The notes beneath the pieces are model-generated. The model was not told where the DNA came from. It did not search any database and saw only the letters and a program-made list of their open reading frames with translations. A stretch of DNA of 38,989 nt, from IMG/VR virus record IMGVR_UViG_3300048930_000687; one strand, written 5' to 3'. Below are positions 26,692 through 35,853 of this stretch, one piece after another. The number at the start of each line of letters is the position of its first letter. Position 1 is the first letter of the stretch. The DNA is from a virus. Both the position numbers and the translations under genes were made by a program.

Positions 26692-27053
26692 CAGAACACC
26701 ACCCGCGCCACATCACCACCGGACGCACCGAACCCATCCGGAATGCCGCACAAACCCCTATCGAGAATGGCTTGGCGACGCATCAAACCGCGCACAGTCG
26801 CGCGGCTCGTATCGCGATATGTGACGCTTGACCCGGCAGCGCTCGTGACACTCGCGAACACCTGATCCGGGTTCGTGCCCAAGATGTTCGCCTGCACCCA
26901 GAACGGCCTGTAGGTGATGACGGGCGGCGTGGCGCAATCCGTGCCGGCACTCGAATCCAACAGCGCCTCGATGATCCCCACGTCAACGTTCGGCAGGGTG
27001 TCCGTCAAGTAGGCGAGAACAGCCGTGCGAGAGGTGAAATCGAGCGCCGCCAA
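26691..27053 (-). CDS. Head-tail connector protein
   Basis: 120 aa ORF in connector block. Confidence 0.5.
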   Translation of the reverse strand: MAALDFTSRTAVLAYLTDTLPNVDVGIIEALLDSSAGTDCATPPVITYRPFWVQANILGTNPDQVFASVTSAAGSSVTYRDTSRATVRGLMRRQAILDRGLCGIPDGFGASGGDVARVVF

Positions 27054-27056
27054 GGT

Positions 27057-27296
27057 TCACCGTCCCTTCTTACGCGCCTTTGATGCCTTAGAGCGGCCCG
27101 CAGGAGGCTCTGTAGTGGCCTGTGCGGCTTCCGGCGCAACCACTGGCGCATCATCCGGGTCAACCACGGGCTCAACGAGCCCCACCGCCGCCCAGGCAAC
27201 GCCCACGGCGTCCTCCACATCGACGATCTCGTCAACGCGCCGCTTCAAACCATCAGGATGCGGGTAACGCTTCGCCCGCAAGAACCTGACCTTCAC
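27057..27296 (-). CDS. Hypothetical small basic protein
   Basis: GTG start inferred; Lys/Arg-rich C-terminus KASKARKKGR; weak start evidence. Confidence 0.3.
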   Translation of the reverse strand: MKVRFLRAKRYPHPDGLKRRVDEIVDVEDAVGVAWAAVGLVEPVVDPDDAPVVAPEAAQATTEPPAGRSKASKARKKGR

Positions 27297-27298
27297 GG

Positions 27299-27673
27299 TC
27301 AGGCGCGAACGTACTGAATGTGCGCATCCCCAACCATGCCCGCCGTCGTTGCCGAAGCCGTAACCACAACGAAGTGCCCGGCAGGCCACCGCACAATCGC
27401 CTTGCCGTTACTACCCCCACTGCCGAGGTTGTCGTACACGCCAGCAGTAGCGACCGACAGGCCGTCAATCAGCGTGTCGTTAGAAGCGCTGCCGTCACTG
27501 TTCACGCCAGCATCCACTGTTGCCGCGCCCGTAGACTTCGTGGTGACGTTCAAAACGAACCGCGTGATGAGGAGATCAACGCCTTCCGGGTTCTCGAGCT
27601 TCAGAACACCACCGGCAGTGGTTCCCGTCGCAGCCGTCAAGGCAACCTTGAGGCTGCCAGTTTGTGCACTCAT
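27299..27673 (-). CDS. Hypothetical head-associated protein (possible decoration protein)
   Basis: 124 aa, Thr/Gly/Ala-rich, immediately after the major capsid gene. Confidence 0.45.
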   Translation of the reverse strand: MSAQTGSLKVALTAATGTTAGGVLKLENPEGVDLLITRFVLNVTTKSTGAATVDAGVNSDGSASNDTLIDGLSVATAGVYDNLGSGGSNGKAIVRWPAGHFVVVTASATTAGMVGDAHIQYVRA

Positions 27674-27749
27674 GCTTTACTCCTAAGGTTCACGACCCCG
27701 CGCAGGGGTCGGTAGTGACTCGTGGGCGTCCTGGGACGCCAGTGGGGGC

Positions 27750-28742
27750 TTACGGAACGAGGACGCTGAACGGGTAACGCGTCGACGCGTTGTCGTTCAC
27801 GCGGTTGATCGGGTTCGGCACTTGCCATGCCACGCGGAACACCGCGCGCAGCGCAACCATGTCCTGCTGCGCGAGGTTGTACACGATGTTCCCCGCGCCG
27901 TCCTGAATGACCGCCTCGGTGAGAATCTTGTACGTGACGTCCTGCCGGACGGCCCACACGAGTTGGCTCCAGTCGCCGGTGAACATGAGTGCCTGGGCGG
28001 GGTCCATGCTGCCGTTGCGCGGGAAGAACACCGGTTCGCCATCCAGCTCGTACCGGCTGGCGCCCTGAATGTCTTGCCTGTCCGCGCTGCGGTGGAAGAG
28101 GGGAATGCCGCCGGGGACGGCCGTGGAGCCGTTCCAGACTTTCTCCCGTAGCCCACGCAACTGGGCGCGCATGCTCATGGCGGCAACGTGACCGGACGCC
28201 ATGAACCCGTCTTCCTCGATGAGGGCAATCGTGCCGCCTACGCCGATAACGGCGTCGTACAGGTCACCGCCACCACCGACGATGCTGCTGAGGTCGACGG
28301 TGTGACTGGCGCTGGTGGCGGCAGTCAGGATGTCGTCCGGCCAGGCGCTTGGGGCGTTCTCGCCGAACAGGATGGCGCGATCGAAGGTCTTGCCGATGGC
28401 TTCCTCGATGCGGGGCCTGACTTCACCCCAAATGTCGTAGTCGGCGTCATCAAGGACGGCTTCGGAGATGGGGACGATGACGGCGAGTTCTTCCGCGTCG
28501 AGGTACTTGTTTGCCCAGTTCTGCTTGGTGGTGGATTTCATGCCGGTGTCGCCGTCCACGAAGTACGCCTCGGGCAGTACGGAGAGGACGGGGAGGCGGC
28601 GTTGCTTGCGGCTCATGTTCGGGGCGCGTGTGGCGAGTTGCATGATGCTGGACTGTTGCACCATGCCTTGGAGGATTTCGCGGCTGACTTCTTCGGGCAT
28701 GAGTGCCTGCGTGCCGCTACGGTCGATGATGTTCACGGGCAT
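27750..28742 (-). CDS. Major capsid protein
   Basis: 330 aa; follows the scaffold gene in SPP1-like order; composition typical of HK97-fold capsid proteins. Confidence 0.75.
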   Translation of the reverse strand: MPVNIIDRSGTQALMPEEVSREILQGMVQQSSIMQLATRAPNMSRKQRRLPVLSVLPEAYFVDGDTGMKSTTKQNWANKYLDAEELAVIVPISEAVLDDADYDIWGEVRPRIEEAIGKTFDRAILFGENAPSAWPDDILTAATSASHTVDLSSIVGGGGDLYDAVIGVGGTIALIEEDGFMASGHVAAMSMRAQLRGLREKVWNGSTAVPGGIPLFHRSADRQDIQGASRYELDGEPVFFPRNGSMDPAQALMFTGDWSQLVWAVRQDVTYKILTEAVIQDGAGNIVYNLAQQDMVALRAVFRVAWQVPNPINRVNDNASTRYPFSVLVP

Positions 28743-28754
28743 GTCTTGTTCTCC

Positions 28755-29273
28755 TTATTGGCGGCCGGCTGCGTGTCTGATGGCCGCGTTCATGTCGAAT
28801 CCGCGGGTGCCACCGCCACCACCAGTGGTGGGAGCTGGGCCTGGGCGCGGGTCCGGTTGTGGGGCGAGGGTCGGCGTGTCCTTCACGAGCGTCTCGACTT
28901 TGACGTTGCCGTCTTTGTCAACGTACTTGTCGGTGTTCTGCTGCACCTTGTAGAGGGCGTAGTCCACGTCGGTGACGTGTTTGGCGAGTTGGGCGCGCAT
29001 GAGTGCCTCGGTTGTCTCGGCGCGGGCGGCCTCGAGTTGTTTGGCGAGGTCGTCGCGTTCGGCTTGGAGGCGTTCGGTGTCACCGAGTTTGGCGCGGTCC
29101 TCGGCTTTCTTCAGTTCGTCTTGGAGGCGTCGTTCGAAGGCTTTCTCGGCCTTGCTGAGGCGCGCGGTGACCATGCTGTCGAGTTCGGCTTGCGTGAAGG
29201 TCTTGCCGGTGTCTTGGTTGGGGGTTTCCCCGCTGTTGGCCTGCGGGTCGGCGGTTGTGGGATTGTCGGTCAT
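28755..29273 (-). CDS. Scaffolding protein
   Basis: 172 aa, charged coiled-coil sequence (ERRLQDELKKAEDRAKLGDTERLQAERDDLAKQLEAARAE); directly upstream of the capsid gene. Confidence 0.7.
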   Translation of the reverse strand: MTDNPTTADPQANSGETPNQDTGKTFTQAELDSMVTARLSKAEKAFERRLQDELKKAEDRAKLGDTERLQAERDDLAKQLEAARAETTEALMRAQLAKHVTDVDYALYKVQQNTDKYVDKDGNVKVETLVKDTPTLAPQPDPRPGPAPTTGGGGGTRGFDMNAAIRHAAGRQ

Positions 29274-29319
29274 GTGGTGGCCGCGTACTTGCTAGGGCGC
29301 CCGCGTAGGCGCCACGAGA

Positions 29320-29358
29320 GGCCAAAAGAAAACCCCGCCGGGTAGGCGGGGCGGTACT
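29320..29358 (-). terminator. Rho-independent terminator-like hairpin inside the late gene block
   Basis: Minus-strand sense: CCGCCCCGCC-tacccg-GCGGGG followed by TTTTCTTTTGG. Confidence 0.5.
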
Positions 29359-29377
29359 GCCAAGGATTGTGCTGGGG

Positions 29378-29566
29378 TTAGGCGGTTAGGCGGTCTTTCG
29401 AGTAGTCCAGGACGAACCCGTCTACGTCGAACTCCATCGTGCCGATGCACCTGGTAGACCCGAGCGTCTGTATCTCTGGCGGTTCGGGTACGGTGAATGG
29501 TTCACCGTTGACGGTCACGCGAACGTCCTTTGCGCTTAGGAACACGAACTCCAGTTCGTCACTCAC
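29378..29566 (-). CDS. Hypothetical protein (62 aa)
   Basis: ORF-track ORF, start overlaps upstream stop. Confidence 0.4.
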   Translation of the reverse strand: MSDELEFVFLSAKDVRVTVNGEPFTVPEPPEIQTLGSTRCIGTMEFDVDGFVLDYSKDRLTA

Positions 29567-29751
29567 TCGTCCTCCTTCGCGTGCCGTGGCACGTAGTACA
29601 GGTCGCCGTGAGGCACGTCGAGCGGCTTGCCCTCAAGGTCGGTGACTGCCAGAATCATGTCCACCAGACCAGACACCTTGACCACGATGCACTCGCGTTC
29701 CATGCCGAACCGGTCGATGTACCACGCGCGCGACTCCAAACTCATCTGCAT
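29563..29751 (-). CDS. Hypothetical protein (62 aa)
   Basis: ORF-track ORF downstream of the HNH gene. Confidence 0.4.
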   Translation of the reverse strand: MQMSLESRAWYIDRFGMERECIVVKVSGLVDMILAVTDLEGKPLDVPHGDLYYVPRHAKEDE

Positions 29752-29769
29752 GCGGCAATGGTACGACGC

Positions 29770-30441
29770 TCAGAACAGGCGCTCACCGCGCCGCAGCTCC
29801 CATTCGGTAAGCGTATGGCAGTGGTCGCACAGAGTCACGAGGTTGCCGAGATCGTTGGCCGCCTCGTGATCGCCGTCAAACAGTCGATATGGGATGCGGT
29901 GGTGAACGACCAAGCGGCGCACCTGGTCGCGTTTGACGCCGCACCGGCAACACGCGTAATGGTCACGCTTGAGCGCGCTGCGCCGTTGGCGTGGCCAACT
30001 ATCACCGCGAGTTCGATTCCATCCGAGACCCCCTAACCAGAGTGGACTGTTCGCTCCAGAAACAACTCCCGACTCTGATAGCCAGTCCGCGTAACATGCG
30101 TGCGAGCAGAACCGAGACTTGTTGTTCGGTGGCTTGTACGTCACACCGCACTGATCGCACTCTCGCAGCGGCCTGGCCCAACCAATCTCCTTACAGGCGA
30201 TTGAGCAGGACCTGAGCGCACGCTCGTCTAGGTCGGATGCGATGCGCTCAAAGTGCTTGCCGCACACCTCGCACGTACGCTCAACACGGCGGTTGAGGCA
30301 TTCGCGGCTGCAATACGGGCCGCGCTTTCCACGTTGCCGATGCCGATGCGCTAGACGGGTGAAGGGTTTGCCACAACGTACGCAAACGAGATGAACGACG
30401 GGCGCGCGGCGCTGGCCAACGCCAGTGCTAGTCTGGGTCAT
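29770..30441 (-). CDS. HNH endonuclease with three N-terminal zinc-ribbon repeats
   Basis: C-terminal VVHHRIPYRLFDGDHEAANDLGNLVTLCDHCH (HNH motif); three CxxC...CxxxC units; ATG preceded by CAGGAGGT. Confidence 0.8.
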   Translation of the reverse strand: MTQTSTGVGQRRAPVVHLVCVRCGKPFTRLAHRHRQRGKRGPYCSRECLNRRVERTCEVCGKHFERIASDLDERALRSCSIACKEIGWARPLRECDQCGVTYKPPNNKSRFCSHACYADWLSESGVVSGANSPLWLGGLGWNRTRGDSWPRQRRSALKRDHYACCRCGVKRDQVRRLVVHHRIPYRLFDGDHEAANDLGNLVTLCDHCHTLTEWELRRGERLF

Positions 30442-30521
30442 ACAGACCTCCTGTGTCTGTCGCGCCTGGGCGGTGGTCACACACCGAGTCCCAGGCACAC
30501 TAGTTTATCACGTGCAGCACG

Positions 30522-31445
30522 CTACGGAGACCATATCGGCTCCGGTGCTTTCGTCAAGCCACGCTGGCGTTCCCACGGCGTCGGCCCCGTCTTGGGCGGC
30601 CCATCAGCTCGCGCCAGGCTCGCGCGGCGGTGCTCGGTCATCCAGTCGTCATCGGTCAATCCCAACTCCCTCCACTCGGGCCGGTATGGGATGGTCGTAC
30701 ATCTACAGTTCGGGTGAAAGGGCAGCTCGATTTCGCCGAGCTTGTAGGCGCGACCCGCGCGACTAGCGCACCATGCGCAGAGGCGGTCATCCATCGTGCA
30801 GAGCACCTGCTCGGCCTCAACGCCGTTCGATCGGAATGTGTCCGTGCGAGACGCTGCGCTGGCGCTCACTGATTCAGTTCGCACGAGCTGCTCAGCCTTC
30901 CACCGTGTAAGACCGGTCTCGCGTCTGAGTTCGGCGGCTGTCCTTCCCCATCCGCGACCACGCACGATGCCGTCGATCACAAGCTCCTCGACCTTGAGCG
31001 CCAACTCACTACCGTGATGCGCGAGCCTCAAGGACGCCTGCGTGGCCCTGGCGGCGACTACTAACCTCGCGTTGCTCGAGAGGCTCACGAGACCCGACTG
31101 GTACGCGCTGAGCATGTCCAACGCGTTCCTGGCGCCAAGGTCGAACGAGTCGCCGATGAGCGCATTGAAGACGCTGTTGGCTTGCGCGCCGCTCGTTAGG
31201 TCGAGCCCGGCTCGGACTTGCTCGAGAAGCATGCGCGCGCGCGCCTCCCGCAAGAGCCGGTTCGGGTTTGCCGCCAGGTCACTTACAGACGCCACGTACA
31301 GGCGCCGCAACTCACGCTCAAGGTTCGCCGCGGCATACCGCAGGGCGCCATCGAGTCGCACGATGGCGTCACGCTCGAGCGCCGACAATGCCCGGTCGAA
31401 GGCACGCACGAGCGCCTCCAACCGGCGACCGTCAACCGTCGCCAT
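30522..31445 (-). CDS. Head morphogenesis protein (Mu F / SPP1 gp7-like minor capsid protein)
   Basis: 307 aa; C-terminal CAWCASRAGRAYKLGEIELPFHPNCRCTTIP signature typical of this family; follows the portal gene. Confidence 0.8.
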   Translation of the reverse strand: MATVDGRRLEALVRAFDRALSALERDAIVRLDGALRYAAANLERELRRLYVASVSDLAANPNRLLREARARMLLEQVRAGLDLTSGAQANSVFNALIGDSFDLGARNALDMLSAYQSGLVSLSSNARLVVAARATQASLRLAHHGSELALKVEELVIDGIVRGRGWGRTAAELRRETGLTRWKAEQLVRTESVSASAASRTDTFRSNGVEAEQVLCTMDDRLCAWCASRAGRAYKLGEIELPFHPNCRCTTIPYRPEWRELGLTDDDWMTEHRRASLARADGPPKTGPTPWERQRGLTKAPEPIWSP

Positions 31446-32757
31446 CTCTCAACTCTCCCGGCACGAACGTGGGTGGTTGCACTCGGGCACGCTGCTCACT
31501 AATCCACGCCTCCACCTCCTCGTCAGACCACGTCGGGATGAAGGCACTTATGTGCCGCGTGGCAGCGTCCTGCGCGACCAAGTCGGCGTTCACGAGAGCG
31601 ATGGTGTCGTTGATGTCCTGCTGGCGGGTGAACTCGCGGTTGATGGTCACGGTGACGGTAGGCGGTACCCCGAGACCCTCAGCCTCGCAGTGATCCGCCG
31701 CCAACTCGGTCAGGACGAGACTCAACCGCGCAGCGTAATACAGGTTCGCGCTGATGAACTTGCTGTTCGCCTCCCGCAACGCCTCACCTGACGGTGTTTG
31801 CGTGCCGAGGAATCCACCTGGCAGGTTGCCGTCTTCGCGGATGCGTTCGAGCTTGCGATTATGGTGTTCGTGCAGACTGCCGAGGTCGCCTGGCACGATG
31901 TACCGGGCGTCACCATCGTCGATGACGCGAATGATGTGAGTTGGGCTGCGTTCGTTCGTGCCGTCTTCGACCTCGCCTTTGACGACGAGTTGAGGGATGG
32001 CCGTGGATTCTTCGATGCGATCCCCACGCACCTGGCTGGACCAGTCAGCCTTGAGTAGTGGCAGGAGTTTCGCCAGTTCGCCCATGGGCATGCGGTCGGC
32101 GTCTTTCTGCACGACTCGGAAGCGTGGGATGGGCGCCCCGGCGGGATACTCGCGACTGGCCTCCACGATGGTGGTGGGTCGGGTCTTGCTGATGATCGCT
32201 GGGTCGGTCAGGTTCGTCCACTCACGCATGCTGCGTTCCAGCAGGTCGTAGACCCTGACGGTCCACTTGGATAGGCCGTTCTCCGTGGGCGTCACCCAGG
32301 CGTGAATAATGCCGATCGCGAGGGTGGGACTATCGGGGCTATAGATCGGTTCGATGTGCCCGATGAGTGGTTCGATGCGGGTGGTGTTCGTGAGGGGATC
32401 GCGGCGGTTGATGCCGGCGATGACGCCGCTGTAGAGGGCTTGCTCAAACATCTCGTCGGTGGTGCCTTCGAGGTCTTGGCTGCGGAGGGCCGTGTCGGCT
32501 TGGGGGTTGTCGCCGCCCCAGTTGATGTCGCCGAGGACGCCGAAGCGTTTGATGCTGACGACGCGTGGGCCGAGGCTTTGTGCTTGCGTGGCGAGGCGCA
32601 AGAGGGCCTTTTGGGCTTCGTTGCTGTCGATGTCGGGGAGGAGTTCGGTGGGGATGGTGTGTAGGTCGCCGGTGCCCCATCGTTCGGCGTCGGCTTTTCT
32701 GGCGGCGCGAGTGGTGATGCCGGAGAGCTGGGGTTTGATGGTGGTGAGGTCGATCAC
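31432..32757 (-). CDS. Portal protein
   Basis: 441 aa ORF between terminase large subunit and head morphogenesis genes; assignment is positional. Confidence 0.6.
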   Translation of the reverse strand: MIDLTTIKPQLSGITTRAARKADAERWGTGDLHTIPTELLPDIDSNEAQKALLRLATQAQSLGPRVVSIKRFGVLGDINWGGDNPQADTALRSQDLEGTTDEMFEQALYSGVIAGINRRDPLTNTTRIEPLIGHIEPIYSPDSPTLAIGIIHAWVTPTENGLSKWTVRVYDLLERSMREWTNLTDPAIISKTRPTTIVEASREYPAGAPIPRFRVVQKDADRMPMGELAKLLPLLKADWSSQVRGDRIEESTAIPQLVVKGEVEDGTNERSPTHIIRVIDDGDARYIVPGDLGSLHEHHNRKLERIREDGNLPGGFLGTQTPSGEALREANSKFISANLYYAARLSLVLTELAADHCEAEGLGVPPTVTVTINREFTRQQDINDTIALVNADLVAQDAATRHISAFIPTWSDEEVEAWISEQRARVQPPTFVPGELRDGDG

Positions 32758-32773
32758 GTTGGGCTCTCCTTTC

Positions 32774-34135
32774 TCACCGGTAGATGCGGCGGGCCGTACT
32801 GAGGTCGGTGGTGCGCTTACCGCCTACTAGCGCCTGGAATAGTGCGGCTAGGGCATCGATGATGTCGTCGTGCGCGTCACCGAGGCCCGTGAACTGGGTT
32901 AGTTCCGATTCGATCTTGGGCGTGAAGTTCGCGTGCTTCGGTAGTAGGATTTCGCCGCGGTTCCAGGCTGTGGCGGCGGGGTAAGCGCGGCTGAGCTTGT
33001 CGGTGGTGGCGGTGATGGCCGTGACCTGAATACCCTCGCGCTTGAGTAGCTCTTCCAACCCGCGTTCGGTGCCGCTGCGGTACCACGTGACGCGAGTTAC
33101 GCCCGCGGCACGCATGAGGGGGATGTAGTGCATTGGTTCGAGGCGGTCGTGGATGAGGTTGGTGACGTAGATTCTGCCGTCAATCAGGCGCCCAGTGATG
33201 GTCACCGTCGCATCACTCGTGGTTTTGGCGGTGTACGCGGCGTCGAAGCCGTGCGCCTCGCGATACGGCTTGTCAGGGAGAGCCTCGTAGTAGGTGGTGT
33301 CCTTGAAGACGCTGGCGCCCGCCTTGACCGGCTCGCACATGTACAGCGCGCTCCAGTCCTCGGGGAGGAGCAGCTCGCGTTGCGCTTCCAGCCACTCTAG
33401 GGGCCGCTCAGCGGGCCACAGGGCGGTGCCGTCGGCGGTGATGGCGGGGAGCTTGATGTACTCCCACTTGCCTGGTTGGGTCTTGAGGAACTGCCCGGTG
33501 GGGTCGTCGAGGTGCCACCTGGTGGCGACGAGGATGACCGAGGCGCCGGGGTGCATGCGCGTGAACGCGGTCGAGGAAAGCCAGCTCATGGCCTTGGTGC
33601 GAATCAGGAGGCTGTTGGCTTCCTCGCGGTCCTTGAGGAGGTCGTCAACTAGGAGCAGGCCGTCAACTGGGCGACCGGTGAGTGGGCCGCCTCTGCTCGT
33701 CCATGCGACTGCGCCGCCGTCCGGCGTCTCCCAACGATCAAGGGTCGAGCGCGTGAGGTTGAGGGCGTGCAGGTCAGCCGCTCGGGACGCGATGCTCGAC
33801 TGGTCGCGCGTGAACGCCTGCGCGTACGTCGCGAACGCATGCCGCAAGCCGGGCCGTTGCAGCATGAGCCACACGAGGCCGTGCAGCACCGTCTCCGATT
33901 TGCCGTGCTGCGGTGGGGTGCTCACCAGCGCCTTGACTTGCTCGCCTGCCGCTATGCGCTCGAACAAGTCAAGCAACGGCGCCAAGTGAGTCGGGGCCAC
34001 TCTGCCGGGGGATTGGCTGATGAAGTCGGCGAGTGACGCAGGTGGCTCGGAGCTAGTTGAGGGCCGAGCGGATTGCCTGAGCTTGTCCGCTCTGCGCTTC
34101 GTGGCCTCGATGCGGTTCAGCATTTGCAGCGCCAC
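32774..34135 (-). CDS. Terminase large subunit
   Basis: 453 aa; Walker A-like PQHGKSE, Walker B-like LLLVDDLLKD, ATRWHLDDPTGQ nuclease region; true start uncertain (overlaps upstream ORF by about 70-80 nt). Confidence 0.85.
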   Translation of the reverse strand: MALQMLNRIEATKRRADKLRQSARPSTSSEPPASLADFISQSPGRVAPTHLAPLLDLFERIAAGEQVKALVSTPPQHGKSETVLHGLVWLMLQRPGLRHAFATYAQAFTRDQSSIASRAADLHALNLTRSTLDRWETPDGGAVAWTSRGGPLTGRPVDGLLLVDDLLKDREEANSLLIRTKAMSWLSSTAFTRMHPGASVILVATRWHLDDPTGQFLKTQPGKWEYIKLPAITADGTALWPAERPLEWLEAQRELLLPEDWSALYMCEPVKAGASVFKDTTYYEALPDKPYREAHGFDAAYTAKTTSDATVTITGRLIDGRIYVTNLIHDRLEPMHYIPLMRAAGVTRVTWYRSGTERGLEELLKREGIQVTAITATTDKLSRAYPAATAWNRGEILLPKHANFTPKIESELTQFTGLGDAHDDIIDALAALFQALVGGKRTTDLSTARRIYR

Positions 34136-34478
34136 TCAGCACCTCCCTCGTGATCTCGACTTCGGAGAGGGCGCGGAACGCTTCGACGACCGCCGCGAGG
34201 CTGTCTTCGGTGGCGGCTAGGGTGCGGATTCTCTCTACGAGTTCGGAGAGCGCTTCGCCGAGGTGGGCGGCCCAGTCCTTGTCGAGGATGTCGTTCAGTC
34301 GTTGCCTGAAAAGCCCTGACAGTTCGGTGTCGGTGTCTAGCGCGGCTTTCCAGCGCCATAGGGTGCGGGTCGTGATGTTGTATGTGTCAGCTATTCGGGT
34401 GGCTTGGGCTTCTCGGAAGTTTTCTTGCGCCCAGTCGGCGAGGGCGCGGGCGGCTTGGTGGTTGTCTCGTTTGGCCAC
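34053..34478 (-). CDS. Terminase small subunit-like HTH protein
   Basis: GTG start preceded by AGAGGAG; N-terminal HTH-like YNITTRTLWRWKAA; first gene of the late operon. Confidence 0.5.
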   Translation of the reverse strand: MAKRDNHQAARALADWAQENFREAQATRIADTYNITTRTLWRWKAALDTDTELSGLFRQRLNDILDKDWAAHLGEALSELVERIRTLAATEDSLAAVVEAFRALSEVEITREVLSGAANAEPHRGHEAQSGQAQAIRSALN

Positions 34479-34501
34479 GATCGCTCCTCTCTTGTTGTGG
34501 T

Positions 34502-34541
34502 GTGACCCGCCCACGGACGTTGCGTGTGGGCGGCGTCACGG
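34502..34541. promoter_or_regulatory. Imperfect palindrome upstream of the late/packaging operon
   Basis: GTGACCCGCCCAC ... GTGGGCGGCGTCAC arms separated by about 11 bp; shares the GTGAC half-site with the iteron region. Confidence 0.4.
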
Positions 34542-34645
34542 CGGTCCGCCTAGCGGGGTGGGGGTTGTGTTTGGGTGCGGGCTGCGAGGAGTCGCGCCTC
34601 GCCCGTCCCGGCTGATGTGGCCGGGCGCACCACTCGGTGCAAGCC

Positions 34646-34682
34646 CGCAAAGGAAACCCCGCCGTGGGGGGACGGCGGGGCT
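34646..34682 (-). terminator. Rho-independent terminator between the early-right operon and the late operon
   Basis: Minus-strand sense: CCCCGCCGT-cccccc-ACGGCGGGG followed by TTTCCTTTG. Confidence 0.55.
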
Positions 34683-34732
34683 CAGAGTCAAATCTACCGG
34701 GTACAAGATAGCACGTCTTGACAATCCCACCC

Positions 34733-35353
34733 CTACTTGGGAGGTTCGATGCCAGCGCGATCGGCGATCGCGAAGACTTCGGTCGGGCGCATGGGGTCCT
34801 GAGAGTCGCGGAGCGCGTCGGCCAACCGCTCCCGGTCTTCCTCGGGGGTGAGTAGGCGCACGTCGGCGAGGCCGGCGAGGGCCGCCAGGAAGTCGGCAAC
34901 GATTGGCGTGATGAGGGCGCGCGGGTCGTGGTTGCGCCTGAGCGTCGGCGTGCCGTGCCGGTTCGTGTCGAGGAGGAACGGCTGTCGGGCACTGCCGTGG
35001 TGCCAGGCGTTCGTCCACTCGACCAGTTCGGTCGTCGTGAGCTGCGCGTGGAGCATGCGGTAGTCGTCCTCGGTGAGGCGCGCGACGAGGATGTGGCCGT
35101 TGCTCGGCCAGTCGTTGGGTTCGATGCGGCCGATGATGCGACCGACGTCGTTGATGGCCTCGAGCTTGGGCGTGGGCGATGGCAGGCCGGAGGCCGTGAC
35201 GTAGCCGCGGGTGCGACCTTGGCCGGTGGGGTCGTGCACGTACCAGTCGGTCACGATCGGCCAGCCGTCGACCAGGGCACGGCGTAGCGGGAGCCAGAGC
35301 GCGTTTGCGGCGGCCCTGTGCAGTTGCGTGAGGGTGTTCACGTTGGCCTCCAC
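34733..35353 (-). CDS. Hypothetical protein (206 aa)
   Basis: ORF-track ORF, GTG start, last gene of the early-right operon. Confidence 0.45.
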   Translation of the reverse strand: MEANVNTLTQLHRAAANALWLPLRRALVDGWPIVTDWYVHDPTGQGRTRGYVTASGLPSPTPKLEAINDVGRIIGRIEPNDWPSNGHILVARLTEDDYRMLHAQLTTTELVEWTNAWHHGSARQPFLLDTNRHGTPTLRRNHDPRALITPIVADFLAALAGLADVRLLTPEEDRERLADALRDSQDPMRPTEVFAIADRAGIEPPK

Positions 35354-35853
35354 AGCTCGCGGCCGTTCTGTCGCCGGTGCTCGTCGAGGCTGGCGAGTGT
35401 CTGCCGGGCGAGGTCGGGTGGCATGCGGGTGAGGATGGCCGCCCAGTCGAGTGGGGGTTCGGTGTCGCGTTGGCTGGGGTCGTCGAGGCGGTCGTAGCGC
35501 GAGCGAGATGCGCGCGTCGTCATGCTCACGCCGAGGACTCTGGCGCGGCCGCGGACGGCGGCGGGTGTGCGGTCAACACCGGCAGCGATGACGGCGGTGA
35601 CGCCGCCATTCGGGTAGTGGGTGTGGAGGAGTTCGTCTTCCTCCGGCGTCCAGGCCATGGAGGTGCCGGTGCCGCGTTTGCAGCCGCAACTGGTGTTGCT
35701 CCCGTTGTGGAGGGAGAAGCCGTGCGTGGTGATGGTGCCGCCGCAGTCGCAGCGGCAGGTGTACCGGGCGCCGTTGCCGGTGCTGGGGGCGGAGTGCAGG
35801 ACGGTGAGGAGCCCGAAGCGGTCGCCGGGGAGGACGCGCAAGGGGCGGCTCAC
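35338..35853 (-). CDS. Cys-cluster protein with Myb/SANT-like WTPEEDELL segment (candidate late-gene regulator)
   Basis: CRCDCGG and CGCK Cys clusters; GTGA coupling with upstream gene. Confidence 0.45.
   Translation of the reverse strand: MSRPLRVLPGDRFGLLTVLHSAPSTGNGARYTCRCDCGGTITTHGFSLHNGSNTSCGCKRGTGTSMAWTPEEDELLHTHYPNGGVTAVIAAGVDRTPAAVRGRARVLGVSMTTRASRSRYDRLDDPSQRDTEPPLDWAAILTRMPPDLARQTLASLDEHRRQNGRELWRPT

Noticed and set aside
28188-29345. 385-aa plus-strand ORF antisense to capsid and scaffold genes
   Set aside because: Gly/Val/Ala-rich antisense artefact spanning two well-supported genes
34716-34721. Consensus TTGACA -35 hexamer on the plus strand
   Set aside because: No acceptable -10 element at 16 to 18 bp spacing and no plus-strand gene downstream
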